54,515 bases of DNA from Omnitrophica WOR_2 bacterium RIFCSPHIGHO2_02_FULL_45_21 (GCA_001805575.1 MHGN01000005.1:1-54515), one strand, 5' to 3'; positions 26,246 through 35,867 are shown, counted from the stretch's first letter. Notes: generated from the sequence alone by a model not told the origin. Numbers and translations: made by a program.

Positions 26246-27775
26246 ATGCCTCTCTGCATCTACAATTCGCTCACCAGAAAAAAAGAGCCGTTTGAGCCAA
26301 TAAATCCCCCCCAGGTAAATATGTATACCTGCGGCGTAACCGTTTATGATGCCTGCCACTTAGGCCACGCCAGAAGCTTGTATATCTTTGATCTCTTCAG
26401 GCGCTATCTTGCCTATCGCGGCTATAAAGTAAATTTCGTGCGCAATATTACCGATATAGATGATAAGATTATAAAGCGCGCCCAAGAACTGAAGACGAAT
26501 TGGCAGTCCTTAGCGGAAAAATACATCAAAAGTTATAAAAATGATTTGAAGGAATTAGAGATTAGAGAAGCAGATTCTGAACCCCGGGCAACTGAAAATA
26601 TTCCCGAAATGCTAAAGCATATTGAAGGATTAATTGCCAAAGGTTATGCCTATATTACTGATAGCGGAGTATATTTTAGCGTGCGCAAGTTTAATGATTA
26701 TGGAAAATTGTCCGGCCAGGGCATAAACCAGATGCTTAGCGGCGCGCGTATCGAACCTGATGAGACAAAAGAGGACTTTTTGGATTTTGCTCTATGGAAA
26801 ATATCCAAACCCTCCGCGGAGGGTTTACCCGATGAACCATCCTGGCTGAGCCCTTTTGGCCGGGGCCGTCCAGGCTGGCATATTGAATGTTCGGTAATGG
26901 CTCATAAATTTCTAAAGAACGAAACCTTGGATATCCATGCCGGAGGCAGAGATTTAATCTTTCCCCATCATGAAAACGAGATTGCCCAGAGTGAGGCCTT
27001 AAGCGGAAAGCCTTTTGCCAAATATTGGCTCCATCATGGCCTGCTTACCATCAATGGCCATAAGATGGCAAAATCATCGGGGAATTTTATTACGATAAAA
27101 GATTTCTCTGAAGGAGAAATGCCTTACATTTTAAAACTATTCTTTCTTTCAGCGCATTATCAAAGCAATTTAGACTATAATGAAAAGGCCTTGCATGCTG
27201 CTTTAGAACATGCAGAAACTATGGATGTATTTTTCAGAAGGTTAAAATATTGTAAGCAGAAAGACGGTATTGCCGATGCGCAGGATGCAGAGGAATTCAA
27301 AGGGCGATTCATTCAAGCAATGGACGACGATTTTAATACCCCTGTCGTCTTAAGCATATTATTGGAAATGGTTTCTGCAGGCAATAAATATATTGACCAA
27401 GACAAAAGTAAGGAGGCATTAAGTATTTCCCGGCTGCTTATAGAATTATTTGAAGTGTTAAATTTGCAGGAAATGCAAATATTCTCCCAAAAGAAGATAA
27501 CAACGGAAGAGATTGTAGATCTGCTAGATACTTTACAACAAGAATATGAAGGTGAATTTAAGAAATATAGCATGGGTTTAATATTTCTTAAGAACAGGGC
27601 AGATGAAATAGGTAATCAGGAGAGATTGCTGGAGAACTTTAGAGGATTACGTGGCCGCGCACGTAAAAAGATGGATTTCTTATTATCAGATAAAATCAGG
27701 GTTGACCTGCATGAGAAGGCAGGGATAATTCTGGAGGATACTAAAGAAGGCACGAGATGGCGGGTCAAAATTTAA
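26246..27775 (+). CDS. cysS: Cysteine--tRNA ligase
   Basis: HIGH-type motif CHLGHAR and KMSKS-type motif KMAKSSGN. Confidence 0.95.
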   Translation: MPLCIYNSLTRKKEPFEPINPPQVNMYTCGVTVYDACHLGHARSLYIFDLFRRYLAYRGYKVNFVRNITDIDDKIIKRAQELKTNWQSLAEKYIKSYKNDLKELEIREADSEPRATENIPEMLKHIEGLIAKGYAYITDSGVYFSVRKFNDYGKLSGQGINQMLSGARIEPDETKEDFLDFALWKISKPSAEGLPDEPSWLSPFGRGRPGWHIECSVMAHKFLKNETLDIHAGGRDLIFPHHENEIAQSEALSGKPFAKYWLHHGLLTINGHKMAKSSGNFITIKDFSEGEMPYILKLFFLSAHYQSNLDYNEKALHAALEHAETMDVFFRRLKYCKQKDGIADAQDAEEFKGRFIQAMDDDFNTPVVLSILLEMVSAGNKYIDQDKSKEALSISRLLIELFEVLNLQEMQIFSQKKITTEEIVDLLDTLQQEYEGEFKKYSMGLIFLKNRADEIGNQERLLENFRGLRGRARKKMDFLLSDKIRVDLHEKAGIILEDTKEGTRWRVKI

Positions 27776-28407
27776 AAAAAGGCATATTCATTACCTTTGA
27801 GGGTTTTGAAGGCAGCGGAAAGTCAACCCAGATTAAGCTCTTGGAGGATTATCTCAAGAAGCATAAATACCCTGTTTTAGTTCTAAGAGAGCCGGGCTCA
27901 ACCAGGGTGAGTGAAGCGATCAGAAGAATGCTTTTGGATAAGAATAATGGTTTTATTTCAGATAAGACAGAACTTTTGTTCTATCTGGCCGCCCGGGCGC
28001 AGCTGGTTGAAGAAAAAATTGTTCCTGCTCTAAAAAAGGGCGCTATAATTCTCTGTGACCGTTTTCAGGATGCCACGGTTGCTTATCAGGGTTATGGTTT
28101 AGGATTAGAGAGGGCATTTATTAATCAATCAGGCAGTTTTGTAACCGGGGGTTTAACCGCTGATTTGACCGTGCTTCTTGATATTGATGTCGGGGAGGGT
28201 TTAAGGAGAGCCGGAAAAAATAAGGATAGGATCGAGCAGCGTTCGTTTGCTTACCATTTGCGCGTGAGAAAAGGTTATCTTAAAATAGCGCAAAGCTCGC
28301 CCCGGAGGGTAAAGGTAGTCAAGGTTAAGAATATCAAAAAGACCCATGAAGAAATAAAGAGATTGGTAGATAAACTGCTAAACTGCAAATGTCATTTAAA
28401 GAAATAA
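27757..28407 (+). CDS. tmk: Thymidylate kinase
   Basis: P-loop FEGFEGSGKSTQ and DRF motif. Confidence 0.9.
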   Translation: MAGQNLKKGIFITFEGFEGSGKSTQIKLLEDYLKKHKYPVLVLREPGSTRVSEAIRRMLLDKNNGFISDKTELLFYLAARAQLVEEKIVPALKKGAIILCDRFQDATVAYQGYGLGLERAFINQSGSFVTGGLTADLTVLLDIDVGEGLRRAGKNKDRIEQRSFAYHLRVRKGYLKIAQSSPRRVKVVKVKNIKKTHEEIKRLVDKLLNCKCHLKK

Positions 28408-29354
28408 TCGGGCAAGAAACCGCAATTAAGATTTTACAAAATTCATTGAAAGAAAGACGCCGTGGGATAAGCTATCTTTTTTATGGCCCGGGCGGCGTAG
28501 GTAAATCCTTTACCGCTAAAGAGTTTGCCAAAAGCCTCAATTGCCAGCAGGATGCTCTTGACTCCTGCGGGCAGTGTATCCCTTGCCTTAAGTCGGATAA
28601 GCTGGAATATCCCGATCTGCACTGGTTAGACCTTAAGGAAGATTCTCAGAGTATCGGGATTGAGCATATCCGCCAGATGCAAAGTGCCGTTAACTTTAAG
28701 CCCTTTGAGGGCAAAGTTAAGGTGTTTGTGATTAATAATGCCCAGGCCTTGAGCGAGGAAGCAGCGAATTGCCTGTTGAAGGTAACTGAGGAACCGCCCG
28801 CGGATTCGGTTGTCATTCTTATTACAACGCAGCTACGCGCAGTTTTACCTACTATTTCATCACGCTGCCAGAAAATTAAATTCTCTAATCTGAGAAGAAT
28901 GCAGGTTGAGGGAATTCTCAGCCGGGACTATGCCTTAGATCTTCAAGAAAGCAGCTATCTGGCTCGTTATTGCGACGGAAAGATATCCGCAGCAAGAGCA
29001 TTAAGCGGGGGTGATTTCTTAACAAGGAGAAAAGGTATTCTGGATACGTTTTCACACGGTGAGGGGTTTGAGGAATTTTTTAAAGATAAGGCGCAAGGCA
29101 AAGAGAGCCTGTCTATCCTGGTGAGCTACTTCAGGGATCTAATGTTTGTTAAGGCAGGTATGCCGGCCGAATATCTGATAAATCAAGACCGCTTTCAGGA
29201 AGTCATAGCTGCATCCCGGCTGTACACTCATTCCGAATTACTTTCGCTACTGGCTAAACTCTCCAAAAGTTTTGAGTATATTGACCAAAATATTAACCTC
29301 AGGCTGCTTACAGATAACATCTGGACGGCCGCCCTCCGTATATGGAAAAAATAA
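28389..29354 (+). CDS. holB: DNA polymerase III delta-prime subunit
   Basis: AAA+-like YLFYGPGGVGKS, zinc-module cysteines CGQCIPC, position between tmk and the PSP1 gene. Confidence 0.8.
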   Translation: MSFKEIIGQETAIKILQNSLKERRRGISYLFYGPGGVGKSFTAKEFAKSLNCQQDALDSCGQCIPCLKSDKLEYPDLHWLDLKEDSQSIGIEHIRQMQSAVNFKPFEGKVKVFVINNAQALSEEAANCLLKVTEEPPADSVVILITTQLRAVLPTISSRCQKIKFSNLRRMQVEGILSRDYALDLQESSYLARYCDGKISAARALSGGDFLTRRKGILDTFSHGEGFEEFFKDKAQGKESLSILVSYFRDLMFVKAGMPAEYLINQDRFQEVIAASRLYTHSELLSLLAKLSKSFEYIDQNINLRLLTDNIWTAALRIWKK

Positions 29355-30160
29355 CTCAGGTAAAACTTAGAGAGGTAGGGCAGAGCTTATATTTTAAATG
29401 TGCAGAAGAAAAAATAAGGCCTGGCGATTACGTTATTGTTGAGGCCGACCGCGGCACCGATTACGGCCACGTAGTTTTAGTGGTAGAAAATAAGCCAGCT
29501 GAGAAATCCCACCCTGAGATTTATCATCCCGATGATAAATCTCAGGGAGAGCCGCTAAGGAAGGTCTTAAGGATCGCCACAGGCAATGATTTAAAGCAGA
29601 TAGACGATAATAAGCTCAAGGCCAAAGAGGATTTCGGCAGGGCTCAAGCGAAGATTGAGGAATATAGGTTAGAGATGAAATTAGTTAACTGCGAATATTC
29701 CTTTGACCGCAGCAAAGTAATTTTTTATTTTACAGCTGAGGGCAGAGTTGATTTTCGCGACTTAGTTAAGGAGCTGGCAAAAATTTTTAAGGCCCGTATT
29801 GAATTAAGACAAATCGGAGTCCGGGATGAGGCAAGGCTTTTTGGCGGCTTTGGTATCTGCGGGAGAAAGCTTTGCTGCGCTACTTTCTTAAAGGATTTTG
29901 AGCCGGTAATGATTAAGATGGCGAAAGAACAGGGGCTTGCCTTAAATCCGCCTAAGATCTCCGGTATCTGCGGCAGGCTGATGTGTTGTCTTGCCTATGA
30001 ATATACTATGTATAATGAATTATCTAAAGACCTGCCTAAGGAAGGCGATAGCGTTAGCACTCCCGAGGGTAAGGGTAATGTCGTCAGTGTTAATAAGTTA
30101 AAGCGCTGTTGTTGCATAGAATTTGATGACGGAAGGCAGGTTAAGAAGGAATATAAATAG
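29342..30160 (+). CDS. PSP1 domain protein (YaaT/RicT-like)
   Basis: PSP1 C-terminal-type core with Cys-rich CGRKLCC ... CGRLMCCL; conserved holB-yaaT neighbourhood. Confidence 0.8.
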   Translation: MEKITQVKLREVGQSLYFKCAEEKIRPGDYVIVEADRGTDYGHVVLVVENKPAEKSHPEIYHPDDKSQGEPLRKVLRIATGNDLKQIDDNKLKAKEDFGRAQAKIEEYRLEMKLVNCEYSFDRSKVIFYFTAEGRVDFRDLVKELAKIFKARIELRQIGVRDEARLFGGFGICGRKLCCATFLKDFEPVMIKMAKEQGLALNPPKISGICGRLMCCLAYEYTMYNELSKDLPKEGDSVSTPEGKGNVVSVNKLKRCCCIEFDDGRQVKKEYK

Positions 30161-30267
30161 TCGAGATACATATTTATAAAGGTTTAGGCCGAGGCTTAGG
30201 TTAAGTTTTATTCAAATGACCTATAATTATTTTATTCTCAACCTCAGCCTTAGCCGGAATTCTAAAT

Positions 30268-31734
30268 ATGCCTGAGAAATTTTATATTACCACCCCCCTA
30301 TACTACATCAATGCCACGCCGCACATCGGGCATTCGTATACGAATATCGCAGCGGATGTATTGGCAAGATTCCATAGGCAGCTCGGCGAGGATGTATATT
30401 TTTTAACCGGAACCGATGAGCACGGACAGAAAATAGCAAAGAGCGCCCAGGACGCGGGCGAAAGTGAGAAGGTATTTGCGGATAAGATGGCCTCGGTATA
30501 TATTGAGCTGTGGAAATCGCTGGATATTTCCTACGATGATTTTATTCGCACCAGTGAGGAACGCCATACGCTCGCCGTAAAAAATGTCTTAAATACTCTA
30601 TATAAAAATAAAGATATATATCTTGAGTCGTATGAAGGATGGTATTGCGTCCCCTGTGAGACATTCTGGACAGATTTGCAAGTTCAAGGCGCGGGCCTTT
30701 GTCCCGAATGTCTTCGTCCGGTCGAGAGGCTTAGCGAAAAAAATTTTTTCTTCAAGCTTTCTAAATATCAGGGCTGGCTTACCGAGTATATAAAAAAACA
30801 CCGGGATTTTATCAAACCAGTATCCCGTTATAATGAAGTATTGAGTTTTCTTGAACTTAATAAGCTTAATGATTTATGTATCTCAAGGCCGCGCGCGCGC
30901 TTAGGCTGGGGAATCGATATACCTTTTAGCAGAGAACATGTGACCTATGTCTGGTTCGATGCTCTTATAAACTATATCAGCGCCGTAGGTTTTGGTTACA
31001 ATGAAGCAAAGTTTAAAAGATATTGGCCGGCAGACCTGCACTTAATCGGTAAAGATATCTTAAGGCAGCATGCAATCTATTGGCCGATTATTTTAAGGGC
31101 TTTGGACTTGGAGCCTCCCAAAATGATTTTTGCCCATGGTTGGTGGATGACAGGCCAGGATAAGATATCTAAATCCCGCGGAAATGTGATTGACCCCTTG
31201 AAGCTGGTAAAAGAATACGGTATAGACGTTTATCGCTATTTCCTGCTGCGCGATATTCCTTTTGGCCTGGATGGAAACTTTTCTGATCAGGCAATCATAA
31301 AAAGAAAAAATAGCGATTTAGCCAATGATCTGGGCAATCTCGTTCATCGCACCATAACGATGGTAGAGAAATATTTTGCAGGCATTCTTCCTCAGATGCG
31401 AGAACTTAAGCCAAGCAAGCTCAAGGATAGTAATGATAATTTGATAGACGAAGTAAGGATGGCTATGGAGAGGATAGATTTTACCACTGCCTTAGATAAG
31501 ATATGGCTGGTGATAAATCAAGCCAATAAATTCATTGAAGAAACAAAACCCTGGAATTTACTCAAAGAAAAAAGGGCAGGGGAAATGGATTCTTTTATTC
31601 TTCTTTTGGTTGAGGTAGTAAGGAATGTCTCCCTATCCATATCTAATTTTATGCCCTCTAGCGCGAAAATGATTCAAGAGCAATTTTCCGCAACCGTAAT
31701 CAAAAAAGGCATCCCGCTTTTCCCGCGCACTTAA
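30268..31734 (+). CDS. metG: Methionine--tRNA ligase (short form, no C-terminal tRNA-binding domain)
   Basis: HIGH motif PHIGHSY, zinc knuckle CVPCETFW..CPECLRP, KMSKS motif KISKSRGN. Confidence 0.95.
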   Translation: MPEKFYITTPLYYINATPHIGHSYTNIAADVLARFHRQLGEDVYFLTGTDEHGQKIAKSAQDAGESEKVFADKMASVYIELWKSLDISYDDFIRTSEERHTLAVKNVLNTLYKNKDIYLESYEGWYCVPCETFWTDLQVQGAGLCPECLRPVERLSEKNFFFKLSKYQGWLTEYIKKHRDFIKPVSRYNEVLSFLELNKLNDLCISRPRARLGWGIDIPFSREHVTYVWFDALINYISAVGFGYNEAKFKRYWPADLHLIGKDILRQHAIYWPIILRALDLEPPKMIFAHGWWMTGQDKISKSRGNVIDPLKLVKEYGIDVYRYFLLRDIPFGLDGNFSDQAIIKRKNSDLANDLGNLVHRTITMVEKYFAGILPQMRELKPSKLKDSNDNLIDEVRMAMERIDFTTALDKIWLVINQANKFIEETKPWNLLKEKRAGEMDSFILLLVEVVRNVSLSISNFMPSSAKMIQEQFSATVIKKGIPLFPRT

Positions 31735-31735
31735 G

Positions 31736-32566
31736 ATGTTTACTGACACCCATGCCCATTTAGACTTTCAGGATTTTGACGCTGATAGAGAAGAAGTGAT
31801 CAGGCGTTCGCAGAAAGAAGGCATTAACTCTATAATAAATGTCGGCTCAAGCCTGAAAGGATGTTTTGCCGCTGTTGATTTAGCCTCGCGATACGAAAAC
31901 ATCTATGCCTCGGTGGGAATTCATCCTCACTGCGCAGGAGAAATTGATCATAACGGCTTTAAGCAGCTGAAAAACCTTTTGCTTGCCCCGCCCTTGCGCG
32001 CAGGGGCGGGGCGGGTAAAGAAGGTAGTGGCAATCGGTGAAGTAGGCCTGGATTGTTATCGTAATCTCTCTCCGCTTGCTCTGCAGAAAGAACTTTTTAG
32101 AAAGTTTGTTGACTTAAGCCTTAGCGAGAATCTGCCTTTAATCATTCACAGCCGTCAGGCCGAAGAAGAAACCTTAGGGATATTAAAGGCCAAAGCGCAC
32201 AAGTTAAAAGGCGTGCTGCATTGTTTCTCCGGGAGTAGAGATTTTTTAAGAAGTTGCTTAGATTTAGGGCTGTACATTTCTTTTACCTGCAATATTACCT
32301 ATAAAAAATCAGATAACTTGCGGGAGTTAGTAAAACTTATTCCCGAGGATAGATTATTGCTTGAAAGCGATTGCCCCTATTTATCACCTGAAGGAATGCG
32401 CGGTAAGCGAAATGAACCGCTAAATGTAAAGTTCTTAGCTGGATTTCTTGCAGGGCTAAGAGGCTGCAGTATCGAGGATATTGCAAAAAGCACCACTGAG
32501 AATACCGGGAGGTTATTTGGGATTTCAATGAGCCCCGCCGATGGCTGGGTAAGTTCAGACAAATAA
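31736..32566 (+). CDS. TatD-family metal-dependent hydrolase
   Basis: FTDTHAHLD, AIGEVGLD, HSR, HCFSG, ESDCPYL motifs. Confidence 0.9.
   Translation: MFTDTHAHLDFQDFDADREEVIRRSQKEGINSIINVGSSLKGCFAAVDLASRYENIYASVGIHPHCAGEIDHNGFKQLKNLLLAPPLRAGAGRVKKVVAIGEVGLDCYRNLSPLALQKELFRKFVDLSLSENLPLIIHSRQAEEETLGILKAKAHKLKGVLHCFSGSRDFLRSCLDLGLYISFTCNITYKKSDNLRELVKLIPEDRLLLESDCPYLSPEGMRGKRNEPLNVKFLAGFLAGLRGCSIEDIAKSTTENTGRLFGISMSPADGWVSSDK
31985..32012. repeat. 28-nt near-perfect GC-rich palindrome inside the TatD gene
   Basis: GCCCCGCCC T TGCGCGCA G GGGCGGGGC; the only non-Watson-Crick position is a T-G pair. Confidence 0.9.
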
Positions 32567-32592
32567 CTTATCTTCGCTTCGCTCTATAAGCT

Positions 32593-33825
32593 ATGCCTTC
32601 ACTTATGAAATCACAGGTTTCTATAATTAAGTGTTCAACCTATAGCCAGGAAGAACTCTTTTTAAAAGTTAAGCAGTCCGTGGAACTCGTCGGGGGGATA
32701 GAGAAGTTCATAAAGCGCGGTTCCAAGGTTTTGCTTAAGCCAAACCTATTGATGGCGATTGAGCCGGAGGCGGGCATTACCACGCACCCTGAGTTTGTGC
32801 GTTCGGTAATCAGGCTCTTAAAAGAGATTGATTGCAAGATTTATCTAGGCGACGGGCCAAGTGTTTTCGGAGGAAATGCAGAAGATATCTTCAAGGTGTA
32901 TGAGCGAACAGGCATTAAAAAAATTGCCGAAGAGGAAAAGACAGAATTGGTCATCTTTGATAAACGTTTTATGCACGGCTATTTTCCTTTGACTACCTGG
33001 GTTAAGGAATGTGATTGTGTTGTCAGCCTGCCGAAATTTAAGACCCATAGCTTTATGTTCCTGACAGGAGCAATAAAAAATCTTTTTGGCTTAATTCCTG
33101 GCAGCTTTAAGCTTGAGTGTCATAAGAATTTTTTTCAGCAGGAAAAATTTGCGGGAGTTCTGCTGGATATTTATCAGGCGGTTAAACCCGCCCTTACCAT
33201 TGTTGATGGCATTTTGGGTATTGAGGGAAATGGCCCGGCAACCTCAGGAATAAAGAGAAATTTCGGTCTTATTCTGGCTGGCGCGGATGGCCTGGCAATA
33301 GATGCGCTCCTGGCGAAGCTTATGAATATTCAGCCGGAGTATGTCTTTACCAATAAAGAGGCAGCGTTCAGAAATATTGGAAACGTAGACGAGAATAATA
33401 TTGAAATCAAGGGCGAAAAGCTTTCCTCATGTATTATTGCCGATTTTAAGCTTCCTGATGCCTCATTTAAACAGTTTCTGGTAAATAAGTTTCCCGGATT
33501 CATTGCCAATATTTTGAAGAAACTAATCACCATCCATCCAAAAATAGATTCTGACGCCTGTCGGCTGTGTGAGTCCTGTATTAAGAACTGCCCTCAGCAG
33601 ACGATGAGCGTCCAAGAAGGTAAGCCGGTAAGGCAATGGTTTGGCATACCAAATAGCCAAAGCCATAAGCCGGTAAGGCAATGGTTTGGCATACCAAATA
33701 GCCAAAGCCATAAGCTCGTGATTGACTATGCGCAATGTATTTCCTGTTTCTGCTGTCAGGAGGCCTGCCCATATGGCGCAATTGCCACAAAAAAGAGTTT
33801 CTTATCCAGGGTCTTGGGAATATAA
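32593..33825 (+). CDS. DUF362 domain protein with C-terminal 2x[4Fe-4S] ferredoxin module
   Basis: DUF362-like N-terminal region (KVLLKPNL...THP) and CRLCESCIKNCP / CISCFCCQEACP motifs. Confidence 0.8.
   Translation: MPSLMKSQVSIIKCSTYSQEELFLKVKQSVELVGGIEKFIKRGSKVLLKPNLLMAIEPEAGITTHPEFVRSVIRLLKEIDCKIYLGDGPSVFGGNAEDIFKVYERTGIKKIAEEEKTELVIFDKRFMHGYFPLTTWVKECDCVVSLPKFKTHSFMFLTGAIKNLFGLIPGSFKLECHKNFFQQEKFAGVLLDIYQAVKPALTIVDGILGIEGNGPATSGIKRNFGLILAGADGLAIDALLAKLMNIQPEYVFTNKEAAFRNIGNVDENNIEIKGEKLSSCIIADFKLPDASFKQFLVNKFPGFIANILKKLITIHPKIDSDACRLCESCIKNCPQQTMSVQEGKPVRQWFGIPNSQSHKPVRQWFGIPNSQSHKLVIDYAQCISCFCCQEACPYGAIATKKSFLSRVLGI
33622..33715. repeat. Perfect 45-bp tandem duplication (2.1 copies) inside the DUF362 ferredoxin module
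   Basis: Units 33622-33666 and 33667-33711 are identical, plus AAGC; encodes KPVRQWFGIPNSQSH twice. Confidence 0.97.
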
Positions 33826-33826
33826 G

Positions 33827-34864
33827 ATGCCTATAGCCACTATTAGATGGAAAAATAATTGCCTCAGAATCATTGACCAGACCAGGTTACCTTTACGGCT
33901 TGTCTATATTGATTGTCATAATGTTAAATGCGTCTGGGAAGCGATCAAGGTTTTAAAGGTAAGGGGGGCTCCTGCTATCGGCATCGCCGCAGCATTTGGA
34001 GTGTTCCTCGGGATAAGAGAAGTAAAAACCGATGATTTTAATGTTTTTAAAGGGCATTTAGATAAAGTAATTGCTTATCTGTGCTCATCACGTCCCACCG
34101 CGGTTAACCTATTCTGGGCGCTTAAGAGGATGAGGAAAAATGTCCTGGCAAACAGCAATTTAAAAATAGCAGGGCTGAAGAAGCTTCTTCTTCAAGAAGC
34201 GCTCATAATTCTTGAGGAGGATAGACAGGCCTGCCGCCGCCTCGCTGATTTCGGCTCGCAATTGATTAAAGATAATGACAGTTGCTTGACTATCTGTAAT
34301 GCCGGGGCATTGGCTACTGCTGATTATGGCACTGCCCTGGGGGTTTTTTACCGGGCAAAAGAAAGAGGAAAGCGCTTTAAGGTCTTTGCCTGCGAAACCC
34401 GGCCTCTTCTGCAGGGTGCGCGGTTATCCGGCTGGGAACTTAAGAAACATAATATCAATCTAACTTTGATTGCCGACAATACTGCGGGATACCTTATGGC
34501 AGAGGGCTCGCTGCAGAAGGTACTCGTAGGCGCCGACCGGATTGCCGGAAACGGCGATACCGCCAATAAAATCGGGACCTTTAATTTGGCCCTGCTTAGC
34601 TATGCGCATAAGATTCCATTTTATGTGGTTGCCCCCGGTTCTACCTTTGATTTGAAGCTTAAGAGAGGTAAAGATATCCCCATCGAGCACAGGCATAAGG
34701 ATGAGGTCTTTAAGCTGCAATCTAAGAGAGTTGCCCCCCCTGGCATAAAGGCCTATAATCCTGCCTTTGACGTCACTCCAAATAAATTTATCAGCGCATT
34801 TGTTACTGAGAAGGGAATAATATATCCGCCCTTTAAAAAGAATATCCATAATGCCCTCGCCTAA
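33827..34864 (+). CDS. mtnA: S-methyl-5-thioribose-1-phosphate isomerase (eIF-2B alpha/beta/delta family)
   Basis: MPIATIRWKNNCLRIIDQTRLP N-terminus typical of MtnA; RGAPAIG, CNAGALAT, ADRIAGNGDTANKIGT motifs; ATG 1 nt after the DUF362 stop. Confidence 0.85.
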   Translation: MPIATIRWKNNCLRIIDQTRLPLRLVYIDCHNVKCVWEAIKVLKVRGAPAIGIAAAFGVFLGIREVKTDDFNVFKGHLDKVIAYLCSSRPTAVNLFWALKRMRKNVLANSNLKIAGLKKLLLQEALIILEEDRQACRRLADFGSQLIKDNDSCLTICNAGALATADYGTALGVFYRAKERGKRFKVFACETRPLLQGARLSGWELKKHNINLTLIADNTAGYLMAEGSLQKVLVGADRIAGNGDTANKIGTFNLALLSYAHKIPFYVVAPGSTFDLKLKRGKDIPIEHRHKDEVFKLQSKRVAPPGIKAYNPAFDVTPNKFISAFVTEKGIIYPPFKKNIHNALA

Positions 34865-35804
34865 GCCCCGTTTCAAACTACAGCGCAACAAGAAAAGAGA
34901 AAGATGTTTTGAACGAGGTAAACTTAACGAACTACATTTAGTCAAGCGAATTGCCGGGAAGATAAAAAACGATTCTTCGGTTGTCTGCGGCATCGGGGAT
35001 GACGCCGCAGTTTTAAGATATACCAAGGATAAGTATCTCCTTTTAACTTGCGATATGCTCATTGAAGGCGTGGACTTTGGTTTGTCAGCCGGACCTGAAG
35101 CAATCGGCTATAAGTCCTTGGCCTGTTCTTTGAGCGACATTGCGGCAATGGGGGGCCTGCCAAAATACGCGCTTATTTCTTTGGGTTTATCCAAGAAATG
35201 TCCGGAAAGATTTCTTGATCGATTCTATAGAGGCGTCAATAAGCTGGCGCGGCAGTTTAAAACCAATATTGTCGGCGGGGACCTGAGTTCTTCCAGCAAA
35301 ATAGTGGTTGATGTTTCAGTGGTCGGTACGGTTAAAAAGAAAAAACTTGCTCTTCGTTCTGGCGCAAGCTCAGGCGATATCATTTTTGTCAGCGGCCTCT
35401 TAGGCGGATCTATTTATGGAAGGCACCTTAAGTTTATCCCCCGGATAAAAGAGGCAAATTACTTAGTGAGTAATTATAGAATAAACGCGATGATGGATAT
35501 TTCCGATGGCTTAAGCCTGGATTTATACCGCTTATGCTCTGCAAGCAGAACCGGCGCAGTTATCTATGAAGATTTGATACCGCTATCCTGCGATGCAAAA
35601 TCATTAGATGAGGCGCTTAATATGGGTGAAGATTTCGAATTGCTTTTTACGTTGTCATCAGGAGAAGCAAGACGATTGATCAAGCATCGCGGTAAAACTT
35701 TCACAGCAATCGGTGAAATGAGAGAAAGAAAATATGGCATACGGCTGATTAGCAAAGAAGGCAAAGATAAGGCATTAGAGCCGAGAGGGTATCAGCACTT
35801 TTAA
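34851..35804 (+). CDS. thiL: Thiamine-monophosphate kinase
   Basis: AIR-synthase-like fold motifs GDDAAVL, SDIAAMGG, GGDL; no alternative in-frame start after 34851. Confidence 0.85.
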   Translation: MPSPKPRFKLQRNKKRERCFERGKLNELHLVKRIAGKIKNDSSVVCGIGDDAAVLRYTKDKYLLLTCDMLIEGVDFGLSAGPEAIGYKSLACSLSDIAAMGGLPKYALISLGLSKKCPERFLDRFYRGVNKLARQFKTNIVGGDLSSSSKIVVDVSVVGTVKKKKLALRSGASSGDIIFVSGLLGGSIYGRHLKFIPRIKEANYLVSNYRINAMMDISDGLSLDLYRLCSASRTGAVIYEDLIPLSCDAKSLDEALNMGEDFELLFTLSSGEARRLIKHRGKTFTAIGEMRERKYGIRLISKEGKDKALEPRGYQHF

Positions 35805-35867
35805 AATGTCATGGTTCGCAGGTTATGCGTTAAAAACTAAAAGCACATAACGCAGATTACAAGACGC

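Noticed and set aside
33622-33715. Tandem repeats as a CRISPR array
   Set aside because: The copies are directly adjacent with no spacers, lie in frame inside a CDS, and no cas genes are present. The heptamer arrays are far too short to be CRISPR repeats.
33722-33826. 35-codon N-terminal extension of mtnA overlapping the DUF362 3' end
   Set aside because: The canonical MtnA N-terminus begins at the ATG at 33827, 1 nt after the DUF362 stop. The extension is out-of-frame read-through of the ferredoxin motif.
35805-35867. Hairpin in the thiL-tsaE spacer (GGTTATGCG ... CACATAACGC)
   Set aside because: The attempted pairings have too many mismatches and the apparent 7-nt register is weak. It is not supportable by eye.
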